Positions 61,392-64,000 of a DNA stretch of 64,000 bases are shown piece after piece. Under the pieces are notes generated by a model. It had not been told where the DNA came from. It searched no databases and saw only the letters and a list, made by a program, of their open reading frames with translations. The stretch covers positions 1 to 64,000 of the forward strand of contig NW_021830467.1 of the NCBI RefSeq assembly GCF_006345805.1. Direction: 5' to 3'. The translations under genes were made by a program, and so were the position numbers. How positions within the stretch are numbered: the stretch's first letter is position 1; every line of letters begins with the position of its first letter. The stretch is from Octopus sinensis. Its lineage: Eukaryota.

Positions 61392-61765
61392 GGATGGTAG
61401 CACTCCGTCGGTTACGACGATGAGGGTTCCGGTTGATCCGAATCAACGGAACAGCCTGCTCGTGAAATTAACGTGTAAGTGGCTGAGCACTCCACAGACA
61501 CGTGTACCCTTAACGTAGTTCTCGGGGATATTCAGCGTGACACAGGGAGTGACAAGGCTGGCCCTTTTAAATACAGGTACAACAGAAACAGGAAGTAAGA
61601 GTGAGAGAAAGTTGTGGTGAAAGAGTACAGCAGAGATCACCACCATCCCCTGCCGGAGCCTCGTGGAGCTTTTAGGTGTTTTCGCTCAATAAACACTCAC
61701 AACGCCCGGTCTGGGAATCGAAACCGCGAGTCCGCTGCCCTAACCACTGGGCCATTGCGCCTCCA
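61392..61765 (-). mobile_element. Full-length tRNA-derived SINE family C with perfect 13-bp TSD
   Basis: Head GGAGGCGCAATGGCCCAGTGGTTAGGGCAGCGG...GGTTTCGATTCCC; TSD CTCTGTTGTAAGT at 61379 and 61766. Confidence 0.93.
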
Positions 61766-62032
61766 CTCTGTTGTAAGTATCCGCCTACAGATTGGAAGAA
61801 CAGGAGAGAGGGATCGTACCTTTGATAGTCAGATTAAAGGTTTTGATGTTTCTTCGTTTTATTTTTTTTTCTTCATATCTTCATAGTTGTCAGGTATTAT
61901 GATCACTTTCTTGTATTCTTCGTCTTCTTCGAAGACAGACAACGGCTTTTGGTTTTGTTCATGCTTTGTGGATATTTGTACTAGTTTCGCTTGGTTCTAA
62001 TTTAGATACTTCTCTAATCCTATGATGGTTAT

Positions 62033-62076
62033 TTTATAGTAATTTTCTAGTAGTATAAATCCTCTACTATCTTCAG
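62033..62076 (-). ncRNA. Partial hammerhead fold (core, stem II and palindromic stem III; stem I lost)
   Basis: CTGAAGA|TAGTAG-AGGATTTATA-CTACTA|GAA|AATT|A; no complementary stem I. Confidence 0.5.
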
Positions 62077-62084
62077 TTCGTTGT

Positions 62085-62200
62085 ATAAACAACAACGAGC
62101 CACTGCTATGGAAGTCAGAACAGCTACGGGGTCTCCCCTTCAAACTAGGACAAGGAAGGGAAGTACCAGCATGCGCGGACGACGTCACCATTATGGATCT
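62085..62200 (+). pseudogene. Tx1/L1-clade reverse transcriptase relic (YADD region)
   Basis: EPLLWKSEQLRGLPFKLGQGREVPACADDVTIM, resembling LEPLL..L...LRGI...SAYADDVT. Confidence 0.55.
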
Positions 62201-62345
62201 TTGCATTTGTATTTTCGAAGATGCCTTCAGGTTTGTGGTCGTACCAATTTTTACTCTGTCAAGTCCAATTATGATTGTTGTTGTTGTTGTTATTATTTTT
62301 ATTATAATTACTATCATTATTATTATTCAAAACATGCAGCTTAAA

Positions 62346-62410
62346 GTTTCGTAGGCTCGTCACAGAAACCTAGACCGACGAACTAGGTTCCTGTGATAAG
62401 CTTATGAAAC
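62346..62410. other. 28-bp-arm imperfect inverted repeat ending in GAAACTCCGAG
   Basis: GTTTCGTAGGCTCGTCACAGAAACCTAG / CTAGGTTCCTGTGATAAGCTTATGAAAC with a 9-nt loop. Confidence 0.7.
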
Positions 62411-63264
62411 TCCGAGATGCACGGGGCCAAATCACACTTCCTTAATGCGTTTTTCATAATAAACACAATAATAATTTATAATAAACAAAACTTGACATTA
62501 ATTTGATGGGTTAACTCAATAGACTGCAAACTTATTCTGACTTCGAAGACAGTGTCAAGAATATTCTTGTATAACAATTTTATATATATATATGGTGAAT
62601 GTGTGTATGTTTCTTTGTATATCTCTATGTGTGTGTGAGCGTGTATGTGCGTGCGTTGATGTGCGTGTCTGTCATTTAGCACGAATGTATGTGATTATTT
62701 TAAATCTAACCAGAAGGAATACAAAAATAATCAATTATTTATCTCCCTCACATGCGCCTAAATCTCTAATGAATGTGCGTTAATTAGTACGCTATTAATT
62801 GTACTCATTAAGATATTACGGACATCTAAAACAAAGACAAAGCAACGATTACAACAAAAACAAATAAAATGATAAACAAAAACGCATATACATAGACAAT
62901 GCTATTTAATACTCTTGGGTATATATATGTATGTTTAAGAATCTTGACGTAGTTGTAAATTGTTTGCCTGACGTGTTCTTGGTCACAGTGCGAGGGATCG
63001 AATCGAACTTCTGGTTGTGAATAACATACACGTAACATTACATTTCATCCTCATTTCTCTTCGAGGCACCGTAGCATTCATACACACAGTTACTTCTACT
63101 CCGGCTGTATACATACATACATACATACATACATACACATACGCTTATATATATATATATTGATAAAAATGGTAAGATAACAAAAGAATAGAAGAGACCT
63201 CGATATTATGTAAATAGAGGAATTTATCTGTAAAAGTAATATGTGACAATTATTTGGTAGCCAT

Positions 63265-63325
63265 GATAAAACTCCAAGTTTCGGATGCCGAGGTGCAAAT
63301 CCACGCCACCATCTCTTCAGTTATC
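63265..63325 (-). ncRNA. Type I hammerhead fold, left arm
   Basis: GATAA|CTGAAGA|GATG...CATC|C|GAA|ACT-TGG-AGT|T|TTATC. Confidence 0.65.
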
Positions 63326-63346
63326 TGACCATTTTTTCGATGCCCA

Positions 63347-63407
63347 GATAACTGAAGAGATAGCGGCGTGGATTTCCACCTCGGCATCCGAACCTCGGAG
63401 TTTTATC
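63347..63407 (+). ncRNA. Type I hammerhead fold, right arm (A15.1C, probably inactive)
   Basis: GATAA|CTGAAGA|GATA...CATC|C|GAA|CCT-CGG-AGT|T|TTATC. Confidence 0.5.
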
Positions 63408-63589
63408 ATGGCTACCGAATAATTGTCACATATTACTTTTACAGATGTATGTATAAATATATATATATATATATCTATATATATATATATAGATATATAT
63501 ATATATAATATATATATATATTCTCACACACAAAAGCACACGCATGTACACACACACACACACACACACACACATAAATATATATATAT

Positions 63590-63642
<53 letters not shown>

Positions 63643-64000
63643 ATAACTATTAGGAGTTAAAATGTAGATTTATAAGGTTATTGGAATACGTAAGAGGTAT
63701 TCTGGAAATCTGAGTATGTCTGGATATAGATATATTTACACACACCTGCCTCTGCATGTGTACGTGTATATGCATGTGCGTGTATATATGTGTACACACA
63801 TAATTATACGCATATGCAATCCTATATGTGTGCGTCTATGTATGCTAAAATTTTATATATGTAAAAACTAGATACAAATAAGTGTTTATATATGAGAATG
63901 CATATATATAACCCATAGACTTTGTTTCGTTATTTTTCCTTCTGTTTTGCATATGTGAAGTACATGGAAATGTTGTATGTAGAGTCTTATTTGTAGAAAA

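Larger units (their letters stand above)
63161..63446 (-). mobile_element. Asymmetric palindromic short element in (TA)n with 102-bp arms
   Basis: 63226-63327 is the reverse complement of 63345-63446 (about 6 mismatches); an extra 65 bp extends the left side only. Confidence 0.85.

Overview
Eukaryotic, AT-rich, repeat-dominated DNA. I infer an octopod cephalopod from recognising the SINE, LINE and microsatellite families; this is not database-checked. No intact host protein-coding gene is supportable, and almost every ORF in the track is a translated microsatellite. Contents: (1) at least four tRNA-headed SINE families with swapped 3' modules. (2) R4/Dong-like RLE LINE fragments and a non-coding 550-bp element, all oriented inside (TAA)n tracts, including a four-element nest at 40.7-42.7 kb. 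(3) CRE-like and Tx1/L1-like LINE relics. (4) A full-length decayed Tigger/pogo transposon with three nested insertions. (5) mariner, hAT, piggyBac and Helentron-like non-autonomous elements. (6) One candidate TATA+Inr promoter with clustered RCGTG motifs at about 30.5 kb. Main hunt result: about a dozen short (200-290 bp) elements from several unrelated sequence families sit mostly in (TA)n tracts. Each carries a minimal type I hammerhead ribozyme fold, often with non-canonical cores (U4C, A6U, extra A after A9), about 100 nt upstream of the microsatellite. Several form asymmetric long palindromes with one hammerhead per strand, resembling Penelope-like-element (PLE) termini or retrozymes. 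Coordinates were read by eye and may be off by a few bases; identities are visual estimates.
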